Assembly: GCF_963921235.1 (NCBI RefSeq)
Contig: NC_086097.1
Span: 135,162,001 to 135,226,000 of the forward strand
Direction: 5' to 3'
Origin: Mobula hypostoma
Taxonomy: Eukaryota
DNA length: 64,000 nucleotides
Positions within the stretch are counted from its first letter, which is position 1. Every line of letters begins with the position of its first letter. Positions 48,581 to 61,289 of this stretch are shown in pieces. Both the position numbers and the translations under genes were made by a program. The notes beneath the pieces are model-generated. The model saw nothing but the letters and a program-made list of their open reading frames with translations, did not search any database and had not been told where the DNA came from.

Positions 48581-51259
48581 ATGGCCAGCAAAAGGAAGTC
48601 TAAAGTTCCTTGTATGGTCCCTGCAAATGAAAGTCTGGACCAGAACCAAGATCTGGATCTGGTTACACATGATGATGACCTTCCTCCAGATATTTCTGAT
48701 GAGAGTTTGACAGCAGATGGTACTGTTGTTGATGATGAGACTATTTCAGAAAAGGAAATACAAGATAATCAAATCAGAAAACTAGAAGGAGGCTATGAAT
48801 GTAAATATTGTACTTTTGAAACACAGGACTTAAATAAATTTACAGTACATGTTGACTCAAAGCACCCAAATGTTATTCTCAATCCATCCTACTTCTGCGT
48901 GGAATGTAATTTTATGACCAAAAAGTATGATACTCTTAATGACCATAATGCTAGATATCATTCAGGTGAAATAAATTTTAAACTTAAAATGGTGAAGCAC
49001 AATAATCAAACTGTCTTTGAACAGACTGTTGAAGAATGCAACAGTAATGGGATTCCTACAAATGAAGATCAGGCAGAAAACACTGAAGCTGCTTTAACAG
49101 GAATATCAATAAGTAAGACACCAATCATGAAGATAAAACATAAAATTGAGACCAAAAGAATCTCTCTGTCTCCAAGTTTGGTGGATGAATTCGCTGCTAG
49201 ACAAGAAAACAATGATGAATCTGTGGGAAGCAACTCAGCCTTGGGATCTACTAGTACCGGTGGACTTTGCATTAACCAAGAAACAAATGGTGTAATAATT
49301 GATTCAGCAGGTATGAGTCAATTAATACCACCTCCAAATTCTAATTTAATTCCAAAAGTTATGATTCCTTTAAACAGCATTCCAACTTATAACACTAATA
49401 TGGATGTAAATACTCACCTAGTGAACTCCTTCAACAAATTCCCCTATCCTACACATTCAGAAGTTGTAACACTAAAAACTCAGACAAAATATACGGAGGA
49501 ACAAATTAAAATCTGGTTTACTGCTCAACGGCTTAAACATGGTATCAGCTGGACCCCAGAGGAGGTGGAAGATGCCAAAAAAAAACTGTTTAATGGAACT
49601 GTGCACACTATACCACAAACAATTACAGTCATACCAGCACAGATTTCAACATCTAATGGATTGCAGCAAATCCTCCAGCCTTGTCAGATAGTTGGTCAGC
49701 CAGGCATTGTCTTGGCACAGGTTACCAGTACAAATGTGGTTGCTGGGAATTCTCCTGTCACTGTTACTGTTGCTGGAGTTACAAATCAAATGCAGTGGCC
49801 AAAACGCAGAACGCAGGTAAGTGAGATAGGTCCAGAAGCAAAAAGGCCAAACAACTCTCAGCTTCCTCAACTTGCTTCACAAGGAGGTTCCCTTAATTCT
49901 GCCTCGGGCACTGATCCCTACAGTGTCCGCCTCAAAAAGACAAAAGAGCAACTGACAGAGCTAAAGGCTAGCTTTAATAGAAATGCGTTTCCCAGCGATG
50001 CAGAGATTGCTCGAATTATACAAGTAACAGGCCTCTCAAGAGGTGACATCAAGAAGTGGTTCAGTGACACAAGGTATAATCATAGGAATTCAAAAAGTAA
50101 TCAAAGCATTAACATTGCTGAAGTCACCAACACCATAATTTTGGATTCGGGTGATGATACAACGACTTCTGAATCCCTTGTAATAAACCAGCAGCGCAGA
50201 CATGGGTGGCATGCCTTTCCGGATTTCACTCCCCAGAAGTTTAAAGAGAAAAGTACAGAGCAGCTTCAAATCCTTGAAGAGAGCTTTCTTTCTAATCCAT
50301 TTCCCACCGATGATGAGATTAACAAGCTAAGGACTGACACAAAACTCACCAGGCGGGAGATTGATGTCTGGTTTTGTGAGAGAAGGAAAGTTAAATATTC
50401 AGAAGATAAAAATGAGAGTGGAAAGGTAATCGATGGGGAGGTTGAAGTCAAGCACAAGGACTCTGAAGAAGGGCGCACCAAATCACATTATGGGCAAGTT
50501 CATGCTACGTCCTTGGCTAGTGGCTTAGCAATACCAAAAGTAATGGCTGGTGCTGCTAGTAGACTGTATAAGAAAACTCCAGAGCAGCTACATTTGCTTA
50601 AAAGTGCATTTGTCCGCACACAATGGCCATCCCCTGAGGAATATGACCAATTAGCTGCAGACAGTGGACTGGCCAGAACTGATATAGTAAGTTGGTTTGG
50701 AGATACAAGGTATGCTTGGAAAAATGGTAACTTGAAATGGTACTATTATTATCAAAGTGGTAATGTGGACAGTCAAAATGGACAAAGCCACATTTCCTTC
50801 AGAAAGTATAAAGGTAGAGGTAGATCGAGAGGTAGACCACGAGGAAGAGGAAGGTACAGAGGAAATGGAAGATCTCACAATTGGAGTGAAACAACGTCAA
50901 ACAAAACATCTTTGGGACTTGCTGCTTCAGGTCAAAATGTACTTGAACAATACTATTTGAAACACAAATATTTAAATGAAGAGGACCTTGATGATCTTGT
51001 GGCAAGATCACATATGAGTTATGAAAGCATCAGAGGATGGTTTGTACAAAGGCAAGCAGAAGGTGTTGTTTCAGAGAGCAATAACTCGGATGGACAATAC
51101 CCTGGTGAAGATGAGAAAAATGAGCCACTTGAAGAGGAAGAAGATTGGGCTGCTGAAGAAAATGAAGATGATGCCTCTGATGGAAGTGGCAGCAGTGACG
51201 TGTGGAAGCCTCCTTCACAAAAGCGAAATGAAGTAACTGAACCAGATGATGAATTCTAA
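48581..51259 (+). CDS. ZHX1: Zinc fingers and homeoboxes protein 1 (892 aa, single coding exon)
   Basis: accATGG Kozak; MASKRKSKVPCM; two C2H2 fingers (CKYC...H...H, CVEC...H...H), multiple homeodomains (IKIWFTAQRLKHG, IKKWFSDTRY, IDVWFCERRK, IVSWFGDTRY), ZHX1-type LKWYYYYQS and RG-rich stretch; tandem downstream of ATAD2 as in human; exon acceptor tctatag at 48457. Confidence 0.93.
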   Translation: MASKRKSKVPCMVPANESLDQNQDLDLVTHDDDLPPDISDESLTADGTVVDDETISEKEIQDNQIRKLEGGYECKYCTFETQDLNKFTVHVDSKHPNVILNPSYFCVECNFMTKKYDTLNDHNARYHSGEINFKLKMVKHNNQTVFEQTVEECNSNGIPTNEDQAENTEAALTGISISKTPIMKIKHKIETKRISLSPSLVDEFAARQENNDESVGSNSALGSTSTGGLCINQETNGVIIDSAGMSQLIPPPNSNLIPKVMIPLNSIPTYNTNMDVNTHLVNSFNKFPYPTHSEVVTLKTQTKYTEEQIKIWFTAQRLKHGISWTPEEVEDAKKKLFNGTVHTIPQTITVIPAQISTSNGLQQILQPCQIVGQPGIVLAQVTSTNVVAGNSPVTVTVAGVTNQMQWPKRRTQVSEIGPEAKRPNNSQLPQLASQGGSLNSASGTDPYSVRLKKTKEQLTELKASFNRNAFPSDAEIARIIQVTGLSRGDIKKWFSDTRYNHRNSKSNQSINIAEVTNTIILDSGDDTTTSESLVINQQRRHGWHAFPDFTPQKFKEKSTEQLQILEESFLSNPFPTDDEINKLRTDTKLTRREIDVWFCERRKVKYSEDKNESGKVIDGEVEVKHKDSEEGRTKSHYGQVHATSLASGLAIPKVMAGAASRLYKKTPEQLHLLKSAFVRTQWPSPEEYDQLAADSGLARTDIVSWFGDTRYAWKNGNLKWYYYYQSGNVDSQNGQSHISFRKYKGRGRSRGRPRGRGRYRGNGRSHNWSETTSNKTSLGLAASGQNVLEQYYLKHKYLNEEDLDDLVARSHMSYESIRGWFVQRQAEGVVSESNNSDGQYPGEDEKNEPLEEEEDWAAEENEDDASDGSGSSDVWKPPSQKRNEVTEPDDEF

Positions 51260-51954
51260 GTAACCTGTAAAATGTAAGTAGTAGAGGTAACCTTTTACAT
51301 TTGTTTCCAAGAATTATCAACATTGAGGAACTGAGCAGGTCAGGCAGTATCAGCTGAGTGGAATAAACAGTTTATGTTTCATCCCAAGACCCTTCATCGG
51401 GACTCATCTGTTTCCTTCCATAGATGCTGTCTGACTTGCTGAGTTCCTACAGCATTTTGTGTGTGTTGTTCAAGATTTCCAGCATCTGCAGAATCTCTTG
51501 TATTTATCAACCTGGTAGAGTTTGATCTTAGCATTAGAATTGTCTATTCTAATGATGTGTTTAATCAGTTTAGCACATCTATGTTGATAAAGGAAGATTC
51601 TTGTTTGACAATGGAATTAAATTAAGTCTTTTGATGGTAGCCCGTAATATGTTCCGAAGTGTGGCTGATGTAGAGGATATATCTAGCCTATTTTATGGTT
51701 CTATACCATTAGTCTGAGGTGATGTTCATGATTTCAATTCACTTTAATATCTTACAGGATTATGTTTCATACATTTAATTTTTTTTTAAAAACTGTCCCT
51801 GAAATTATTAGATATTTCCATTGAGTAATAGGAAGTGTATGTAATTAATTATGCCACAGTGTATAATTTTGATTTTGTACTTTATTGGGCTATGTATCAA
51901 GATTTTGATAAGTAATACTTTAATAGTACCTGGACTATTAAAAATGAAAAATGG

Positions 51955-52260
51955 TGTTGGCACGTGGCCAAGTGGTTAAGGCGTCAGTCTAGTGATCTGA
52001 AGGTCGCTAGTTCAAGCCTCAGCTGAGGCAGCGTGTTGTGTCCTTGAGCGAGGCACTAAACCACACATTGCTCTGCGACGACACCGGTGCCAAGCTGTAT
52101 CAGCCCTAGTGCGCTTCCCTTGGACAACATCGGTGGCGTGCAGAAGGGAAACTTGCAGCATGGGTAACTGTCGGTCTTCCATACAACCTTGCCCAGGCCT
52201 GTGCCCTGGAAACCTTCCAAGGTACAAATCCATGGTCTTATGAGACTAACGGATGCGTAA
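51955..52260 (+). mobile_element. tRNA-derived CORE-like SINE
   Basis: A box TGGCCAAGTGG, B-box-like GTTCAAGCC, core-like GTGTCCTTGAGCGAGGCACTAAACC; AGTACCTGGA duplicated at 51925 and 52263. Confidence 0.75.
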
Positions 52261-53369
52261 AAAGTACCTGGATTAATAGGGAACCTCTAGTAATTCTAAT
52301 CGTGAGTAAATATTTTAATATCTATTTTAAAAATTGATTTAAATATTACTTAATTGCTTGCCATTTTGATTTAATTTTAATTGTATTAAATCCTCATTTT
52401 TATTCTTAATTGATTATTTGGAAAATTGATCTATAATTTGTTTTTAGCTGTTACCCTCAAACCAGTCAAAATGGTTATAGTTAATGCACTTGTGAAACAC
52501 AAAGTAGGTTTTGAAAATGTTTATCCAATTCAGCTGAGTCCTATCTACCCGATGCAATTGGTTTTAAGGTGCCGGTAATCCATCTTTGCCCCTTCTCCTG
52601 TCAGTGGAAAAGCTTCATTTGGGCTTGGTAGCTAAGCCACATGTGAAGGCCAGGAGCTGGACTTGGTCATCAAGGGCTATTTGAGATGCACACCATTGGG
52701 AACATTCAATAGGTAGAGAGCTTATTCCCTCTACCCCCTCAGGCTATGCCAGCCTTAAAAAAAACAACTCTGATTTCCTTGTGGCTGTACTCAGTCATGT
52801 GGAAGGCTTCAGGGGTAAACACAGAGGAAAAATTTAGAGCTGGAGTTCCTGAGCCACACCTATGTTGAGTTCAACGTCGCTGGTGCCAACCTATATCGGT
52901 CTCTGCCATTCCTTTGGATTTATCAGCTGCTACATGGGCTACAGCTTTCTCTCTATATTGTACTGCCCTGGCTTTCATATCAAGATATCTGTGGTCGACC
53001 CTGACCAATGGAGGCCTTGTCAATGACAAAAATCACCTCTTTTTGAACGCAAGTGCACACATCTGACCCTATTTAAAAACTGTTCACCCTGAGCATGGTG
53101 GTGTGTTTAATAGCTAGACAAGTGCACACGTCTGAAGATAGTTAGAAACTGTTTGACAACAGTCTCCTGCCTCAATTAGGTGGCACAGTGTCCCAAATAA
53201 ACAGAATCCCAGCTGTTTTCTTGATTAGTTATTATTAAGTGACTCTCCCAATTAACTGGAATCCACTGTATTTTATTAGAATTTTATGTTTGTAATTAAG
53301 TGATCTAAAATCTTAATTTGTATATTGAATCCATTAACACTTGGTTGTATTATATCCGAAAATTTCAAT

Positions 53370-54990
53370 AGTCATAGAGCACAACAGCATAGGAACAGAC
53401 CCTTCAGCCCATTTATTCCATGCTAAATTGTTGTTATGCCTAGCCCATGGACCATAGCCCTCCATAACCCTTCTGTCCGTGTATTTGTTATTTATTTAGA
53501 GATAGTGTGGAACAAGCCTAATGAGTCGCACTTCCCAGCAACCCACCCATTCAAACCTAGCCTAATCACAGGATAATTTATAATGACCTACTAACCTGCT
53601 AACTGGTATGTCTTTGGACTGCGAAAGGAAACCGGAGCACCCGAAGGAAACCATGGATTGTGGGGGAGAATTTACAAACTCCTTACAGACGATGTCTGAA
53701 TTGGACTCTGTACTCCGATGCCCTGAGCTGTAATAGTGTTGCACTAACTACTACCATGGCACTGTGTACTTTATCCAATCTTCTCTTAAATGTTGAAATC
53801 AAACCTGCATTCACCACTTTCTGTGGTTGCTCATTCTACATATGCATCACCCTCTTGAGTGGAAAAAGTTCTCCCTCTAGTTCTTTTGAATATTTCACCT
53901 TTCACTCTTAATTTATGACCTCTAGATCTAAAGTGACCCAACCTCAGTGGAAAATTCCTACTTGCATTAATCCTATTTATTCCCCTCATAAAGTAGTATA
54001 CCTCTATCAAGCCTCCCCTTATTCCCCTACGGTCCAGGGAATGAAGTCCTAACCTATTTAACATTTCCCTATAACTCAGGTCCTCAAATCCTGACAACAT
54101 CCTTGTAAATTTTCTCTGTACTCCTGCAATCTTATTGATATAATTTGTTGTTGGTAGGTGGTCTGTACACAATACTTCAAATTTGGTGTCACCAATGTTG
54201 TACAATTTCAGCGTAACATCCCAACTCCTGTACTTAATACTTTGATTTGTGAAGGCCATTATGCCAAAAGCTCTCTTTACGACACTATTCACCTTCTTTC
54301 AAGAAATTATGGTTCTGTATTCCCAGATCCCTCTGTTCTACCAGACTCCTCAGTGCTCTACTGTTCACTGTAGCAAATTCCATCCGCCATTTTTCAACCG
54401 ATTCTTACACTGGTCTAGGTCCTGCTGCAAGTTTTGATAGCTTTCCTCTCAGTCCACTATGCCCCCAAAACTTGGTGCCATCCACATGTTTGTTGATCCA
54501 GTTTACCACATTATCATTCACTTGGTTGATACAGGTGACATACAGCAAGGGATCCTGCACTGATCCCTATGTCACACCACTAATAGCAAGCCTCCAGTTT
54601 GAGAGGCTACCATCTACTACCACTCTCTGGCTTCTCCTGTGAAGTTGGTATCGAATACAATGACCGATCGTGTCCTGAATGCCAAGCAACCGAACTGCCT
54701 TGACCAGCCTCCCATGTGGGACTTTGTCAGAGGGCTAGCTGAAGTCCACATTAGATAACATCTACTGCCATTCCTTCATCAACTTCCTTGGTGATCTTTT
54801 TAAATATTCAGTAAGATTGGTTAGAGACAACCTACCATGCAGAAAGCTATATTGGCTATCCCTAATCATTCCCTGTTTATCCAAATACTTGTATCCAGTC
54901 CCTTGGAATACTTTCCAATGATTTACCCACTACTGTTGTCAGACTCTCTGGCCTGTAATTTCCTGGCTTACTCTTGGAGCCTTTCCTGAA
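53370..54990 (-). mobile_element. Decayed CR1 3' half with a nested V-SINE
   Basis: VVKRAFGIMAFTNQSIKYRSWDV...VQRKFTRMLSG; SINE at ~53486-53762 interrupts it. Confidence 0.8.
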
Positions 54991-55519
54991 ATAGATACAA
55001 TCTATTAGTTCTAAACACAACTTAAATATAAATGATGACAGCTCTCATTGTCAAAACTCTTCATATTGAAAGGTCTTTATAAGAAATTGAGGTCAAATAT
55101 TTTAAAAGGAGAGAGTTTTCCAAAATATCATCTAAATTTTAAAAATTGGGTAATCTAAAGCATATGTCAGAAAATCCACAGTTTGACAGTTTTTTAAAAA
55201 AGCTTGGAGGCAACTTTCTATGTGCATGTTCTTGCAACATAATGTAAACTGAATGAATACAAATTCACTTGTGTACATTTGTATTCATCATTAGTTCTTA
55301 CACTGGAATGGATCTTGTCTTGAGTTCTCCCTTGAAAGATAGATGTTCGCTGTCTTAAAAGTATACCACTGTGGTGAGAGCTCTGGTCTTCTTGAATGTA
55401 TGGGTGCACCAAATTCATCAGGTGCTCTAAAGAATTTTATTTGTTAGTTTAGACTTGTAGTTTGACTGTGAAGTTGTAAAAGTTTCTATGTTTTTCTATT
55501 CCTGTCTAGTATTTTACAG

Positions 55520-58385
55520 AAATAACCTCTTCATCTGTTCAATGCTATAATTGTGACTTTAGCATTGCCTCCTCTTCCCATTTGAAAGAATCTCAAGGGT
55601 CAGTAGGTTATGTAATTGTGCATATTAATTATGTAGAACCATCTTAATTGACACCTGGATTCAGTTTATCGCTGTATTATTTTGTATTTTTATCTTGTAT
55701 TTCTTTGTCTCTTGGTGATAGAAAGGAAGTAGTTTTTTAAACCCTTCTAATAACGCAGATGAACCAAAATGGCCACAAAGGTACTTGGGTTGATTAAATG
55801 TAAAGAAGAAAAATATAATGGAGGGAATTTTTGATAGCAAAGTAAAATAGTCTGTTCCATTAAATATCTTTATATCTACAAAATTGAATATTTAGATTGA
55901 TATTTATAACCTGCAACAATCTTGAAACTAATGAAAATGCTACAGTGTGGAACAGCTACTGAATCAGCAGCGGAGCTTTAGAAGACAGTTTATATATTTC
56001 CTAATAGGCTTACTTTTATTCCTTAGGAACAGCAAATATGTGGAAGTCTTCAGTGGACACTTGGGATAAAGAACCAATTCAGAGAATCCGCAATTATGGT
56101 TATCCTCTTTGAGCTGCAAGATTATGTCTATAAAGAAATATCCATGCACAACACATTTTATTTGTCAGTAAAGTAAAGGCTTTTTAAAATCACTTCCACA
56201 TTGCCAAAGTTTTATTACTGCAGCTAAAAGGACTTTTGTACATAGCTATTGTTCTGGGTCAGATTTGTACAGTTCGGGATTTTACTACCTTTTTACTGAG
56301 GTTTAATTTTTTGAGATATCTTTGAGCACAATTTTTCTTTAGATTTGGCTACCATATTTTTCTCATGCAGGCTCTTGATATTGTCCGCATAGTTTGCCAC
56401 TGTGATATAGTAATTTGCCTTCCTCGGATACTGGCAGTGCAAGTAAATCTTGAGCAATCAAATTATATTTCAGCATTTGTTTAAAATGCTGATAACTGCT
56501 TGCCAGTAAAGAAGTATAAACTCCTATATTTGTGACTTAATTATGCATGGTGCATTTGTATATGCATTGGTAAAATCACATGGTTAACTTTATAATTTAA
56601 TCTTTCATAGCTACTTGAATTGACACTTATTGTAGGTGTAGATAAAACCAGCAGAATTGTTTTCCATAATTACTTTCTTCAGAAGCCATATTCCATTTGC
56701 TAGTATTTTTCAGTATCTTCTGCAAGTCATTTTGTATGCTGAAATTAGGAAAATGCTGCTTCTATATATACAGTACTACATTTATATAATATATATAGTA
56801 TTTAAATATTATAAACATTAAGGGGGTTGCAAACTGTGGTTTGAAGAAAATCAATGTCCAGTTCTAATTTTTCACGCTATTTATTGTATTTTTGAGTATG
56901 TGTACTGTGAGAATAAACATTCGAGTTGATTAGTATGCTTTTATTTTTAGTTAGCAATTCACCACCATAGTTATTTGCAGTTAGTCTTACTTGTGAAAAA
57001 AGTGACCAGTTGTGCTCGCTCATTTTATTACTTATAGTTTAGATTACTTTCTGAAAGTTTATGAAAACTATAAAGCACTAATGGTGAATTAACCCAGTCA
57101 ATATGTACTTAGTTTTAGATATTTTCTACTTCTATACAAATTTTAATCATGGTTACAGTAATGGCTGGTGACTGCACAGTTTTATTATGCAAAAGGAATT
57201 TTGCATGGTTATTATACAAGTACTGTATACTAGATTCTTCAGTTTGATCATTATTAGATTATAACTTTGGCTGTCTAACCTCTGGCACACTCAAGTCATA
57301 GCAGTATTTGGACTTGTATTAGTAATTCCCAAAAGCAGTTTAAGTTTTTCCCCTTGACAGTTTGAAACTCATGAAGGATTATGGCAAAATATGTCCAAAA
57401 TTATCATAAAAAAGGACTTTACCTTGGTCAAGTTTTGAGGTTTAAAGTATACAAACAACATGTTAATATTTAAATTTGGCAAAGACTTATTGTTACACAT
57501 TACTGTGCAGCTTATTTATCCAAACACCTTTGGGGAAATGCTAACTTGTTAGGCCAATGCTCATTCTGGCTTGCAAGTGCTGCAGGTTTTAATTTGCACA
57601 GAGCTAGTCATCTTAAAGATATGTTTTTAAAGATGTTAACAATGATCACTATAATAATGAATGATTTGCAAGATAAGCAGACCCATGCAGTGTTCTTCAA
57701 AACGGAACTCGAAATGGTACTACTATCTCCTATCAAAATTGTAGAAAAATAATTAAGCATCTTTTTAAGTCTCAGAGCTACATTTTTAATCAAAAATTTG
57801 GAAGCCTTAATACATCACATTCAAAATTATTTTTCTAGGATACTATAGTATTAATGCCATTTTTTTGCTATGTAATCCAATGGCTTGGGTTGGATTGCCT
57901 AAGGCATTGGTTACATGCCTTGTAGAACTCTTATTGCCATTAACAGGTGAACCTTGCACCCTGATTTAGTCTAAAAATCAAATCTTAAAAGTACATTCAC
58001 ATTTGCCCTTCTTTTGGGTTTGCACTGTAATCCTTTTGTTCAGCCATTGCCTCTGTAATACTTGTGTAAAAGATGATCTGAAAAGAATTTTAATGTTTTT
58101 AAGAATATCTGTGACTATCCAATCAGCCAGCATTCTGGGCAGTTTCCAAGTAACAGCACATTATAAGGGTTTGAGGAAATTTTGTATAGGCTTTTTTTTT
58201 TGAACATTTTATCTGTTATATTGCCACATTTTGTTTTTAAATTGAGATCTGTTTAGCGCTCTACTGCAGTTTTGTCTTGAAGGTTGCGTTTGTAGATCTG
58301 ATGTTATTTTCCATTGACTACAATGCAATGATTGTAATATGTGAATATTACGCATTTCAAAATAAACCTCCATTCTGTGATTTAT
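55520..58385 (+). other. Candidate ZHX1 terminal 3'-UTR exon
   Basis: Pyrimidine-rich acceptor ...ttttacag at 55519, then ~2.9 kb of AT-rich sequence without recognisable repeats; AATAAA at 56912 and 58361, the latter followed by a GT-rich tract; donor AAT|gtaagt after 51273. Confidence 0.55.
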
Positions 58386-60519
58386 AGAGTTGGGTTTTGT
58401 GCTACTTTCTGTGTGACTGGCAGAAATTAGTTTTTATTACTGTACACTTGTATGACTTCACTGACTAATGTGCAGTTTGTGGAAAATGTTTGAAATAATG
58501 TATATTTGGGTGAGTGCCCCCTTCCCTTTGTTAGTATTTAAACAGTTACATTTTTCCCCAAAACTCCAAATCTGCATGAACAAGGAGATGGAATGAGCTT
58601 GCAAATATGTGGCAAAGCGTTGAGGGTAGAAGGGAGGTAGAAGATGCAGAAAGTGGGGGAGAGAGAGTATATGAATACCTGAGATTGAGTGAAGATGGTT
58701 TTCTCCAAATCTGCATTTTTAGTCATCTATTTGCTTTCTCTGAGCAATGTGAACTTTTTTTCGTAGTAGTGAAGCCATCAACCTTCCCCTGATAAATTTG
58801 CGGATCTCGAACTTTTGCACGTAATTTAAATCATGGAACAGTAAACATGAAAGCCTATGTAAACTGCTGATACTCATTCTCTTGAGAATGAAATTTGTAT
58901 CATGTGACCTCTGGTTCAAAGTGCTTTTCAGCCAATGTGAAGTGTCATTTTTGGAAACTAGGCTGTCATTTTGTCAATAGCGAGCTTCCATGCAACACTG
59001 GCGTGATGACAACCAGATAATGTTTACCTTAACCGATGTGGATTTATGGCACAGATATCGATTGGCACACAGTGGATAATTGCCCTGCTCTTTGATATGG
59101 TGTCATGAAATATTTAGTGGTCCAACTGAGAGAGCAAACAGAACCCTCGCTTAATGACTTCTAAGAAAGACTACAGTTCAGATTCACAGCCTATGTTCTG
59201 TGTTCAGGCTTGTAGAGTGTGATGAACTCTGAAAACTGGTACTGAGGCAGGAATGCTACTCGCTGTGCTTTGGCTGAATTTGAAAAGTACTTGTAAGTGT
59301 TACATTGCAAAGTCAGTCAGCCTGTGGTACTCCAATAAAATATTGTCAGGTTAATCTGACAAGCAAAACTAAATATAGCTGGGGTAGTGTTGCTATAGTT
59401 TCTCAACTTGAACTATATTTTTAAAAAGATGCTAATACGGGATTAAGAAATGATAACATGGAGATGATACACTTGGTTAATAACAATAAAAGTAGAAAGT
59501 ATTCTGTCATCACAGTGATTCAATCTAAAAGATAACAAAACAAAAATTCTGCACAGACAGAGAGTGGTAGGGATGTTTTGCAGTCATGCAGACTCTCAAA
59601 TCTTATCTGCCATTCTGAAATGTTCACTGATTTGTATCCATCACCGGTCTGTCCTTTTATAATTCAGTGAAACCTGGCAATTTCAACCTCATTTGATTCA
59701 GTTTCTTGGAGCAGTAAATTCCAGATTTCCTTTATGCTGATTTTTGGTGCACCATCCACAGCCAAAACAGCTTTTGGGGTGCAAGGAACAGAAATGAACA
59801 TTGATTGGACCCTGTTTAGACCACAAGATTTACCAGTGAAAGTGTAACTTTTTCACTCAACACCCTTAAAATAAAAATTAATATCATTAGACTCTTCCGG
59901 CTTTAAACTGGTTTCATTGATTCACTCAAATGGCCATTTCTTCTATGACACTCAACTGCTCTCCATTAGTATTCCAATTACATTTTTTGTTTGGATACCC
60001 ATGCTTTCAGTATTGAATTTAATGTGTCACAAAATTTGCTCATTCTCATTTCTTTGGTATATCTATGTTTTATTAGCTATTTGTCTACAAATGGTATGCC
60101 ATGTGATAATTAGGGGATAATCTTTCCCTATTAATTAAAAGATGACTCAAAAGCAGCAAGTGTTGAAAACACTCAGCAGGTTGGGAAGTAGCTGTGGAAA
60201 GAGAATCTGTGAGCATTGCAGGACCCAGATATTTCATTGATTTTTGGCAGGGACAACCGCCCTGCTCTTTGAAATGGTCTAAATGAATAACTTGACCCAC
60301 TTGATAGAGGAGTAGACTGCGTTTTGGGTTCAGTGCTTGTATTATTGGGTAGTTCCTTCAGTGCTCTAAATGCTGCAACTGGTGTGTCAACTCTTTTCTA
60401 CCTTTATTTGTTCACAGAATGTGAGCATGGCTATTTATTATCCATTCCTGACTACCCCCTCATTCTACAGGCTTCTAGTGATTTCAGTAAAGTCAACCAC
60501 TTTAATTTGTAAGTTGAAC

Positions 60520-61280
60520 AAGTGTGACACATGCCCCTACACCACATCCCTCATTCCCATTCAGGGCCCCAAACAGATCTTCCAGGTGAGATGACACTTC
60601 AGCTGTGACTAATTTACTGTATCCGGAGCACCCGATGTGGCCTCCTATATAGCGGTGAGACCTGATCTAGATTGAGAGACCTTTTCGCTAAGCACATACG
60701 TTCAATCTGCCAGAAAAAGCAGGATCTCCTGGTGGCCACTCATTTTAATTCTACTTCCCCTTACGGCATGTCAGTCCATGGCTGCCTCTGCCACAATGAA
60801 GCCACACCCAGGTTGGGGGAGCAACACCTTGTATTCCATCTGGGTAGCCTCCAACCTGATGAACATTGATTTCTTGAACTTCAGTGATTGCCCCCCCTTC
60901 CCCATTTCCCTCTCACCTTATCTTCTTACCTGTCCATCACCTCCCTCTGGTGCTGCTCTCCCCTTTCTTCCATAGTCTTGTCCTCTCCTACAAAGATTCC
61001 CCCTTCTTCAGCCCTTTATCTCTTACACCAATTGACTTCCCAGTTCTCTACCAGCCCTCCCCCTCTTCATTTCACCTATCACTTACCACCTTGTACTTCG
61101 TCCTCCCCTCCTCCCACCTTCTTACATTGACTTCTCATCTTTTTTTTTCTCCAGTCCTGATGAAGGGTCTCACCCCAAAGTGTCGACTGTTTGCTCATCC
61201 CATAGATGCTGCCTGGCCTGCTGAGTTCCTCCAACATTTTGTGTGTGTTGCTTAGATTTCCAGCATCTGCAGATTTTCTT
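60520..61280 (+). mobile_element. Penelope-like element 3' portion (GIY-YIG endonuclease remnant plus terminal repeat)
   Basis: KCDTCPY...IQGPKQIFQVR and RDLFAKHIRSI..VATHFNS...EQHLVFHLGSLQP; pyrimidine tract, then CAGTCCTGATGAAGGG...GTCGACTG and the gatgctgcctggcctgctgagttcctcc terminus. Related termini at ~125-205, 19135-19220, 27990-28075, 38130-38220, 41030-41345, 43250-43335, 47825-47990, 51325-51500. Confidence 0.8.
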
Positions 61281-61289
61281 TAAGAGTAG

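Noticed and set aside
51955..52030. tRNA-like sequence
   Set aside because: Has A and B boxes but continues into a SINE core and tail; no complete cloverleaf or terminator seen.
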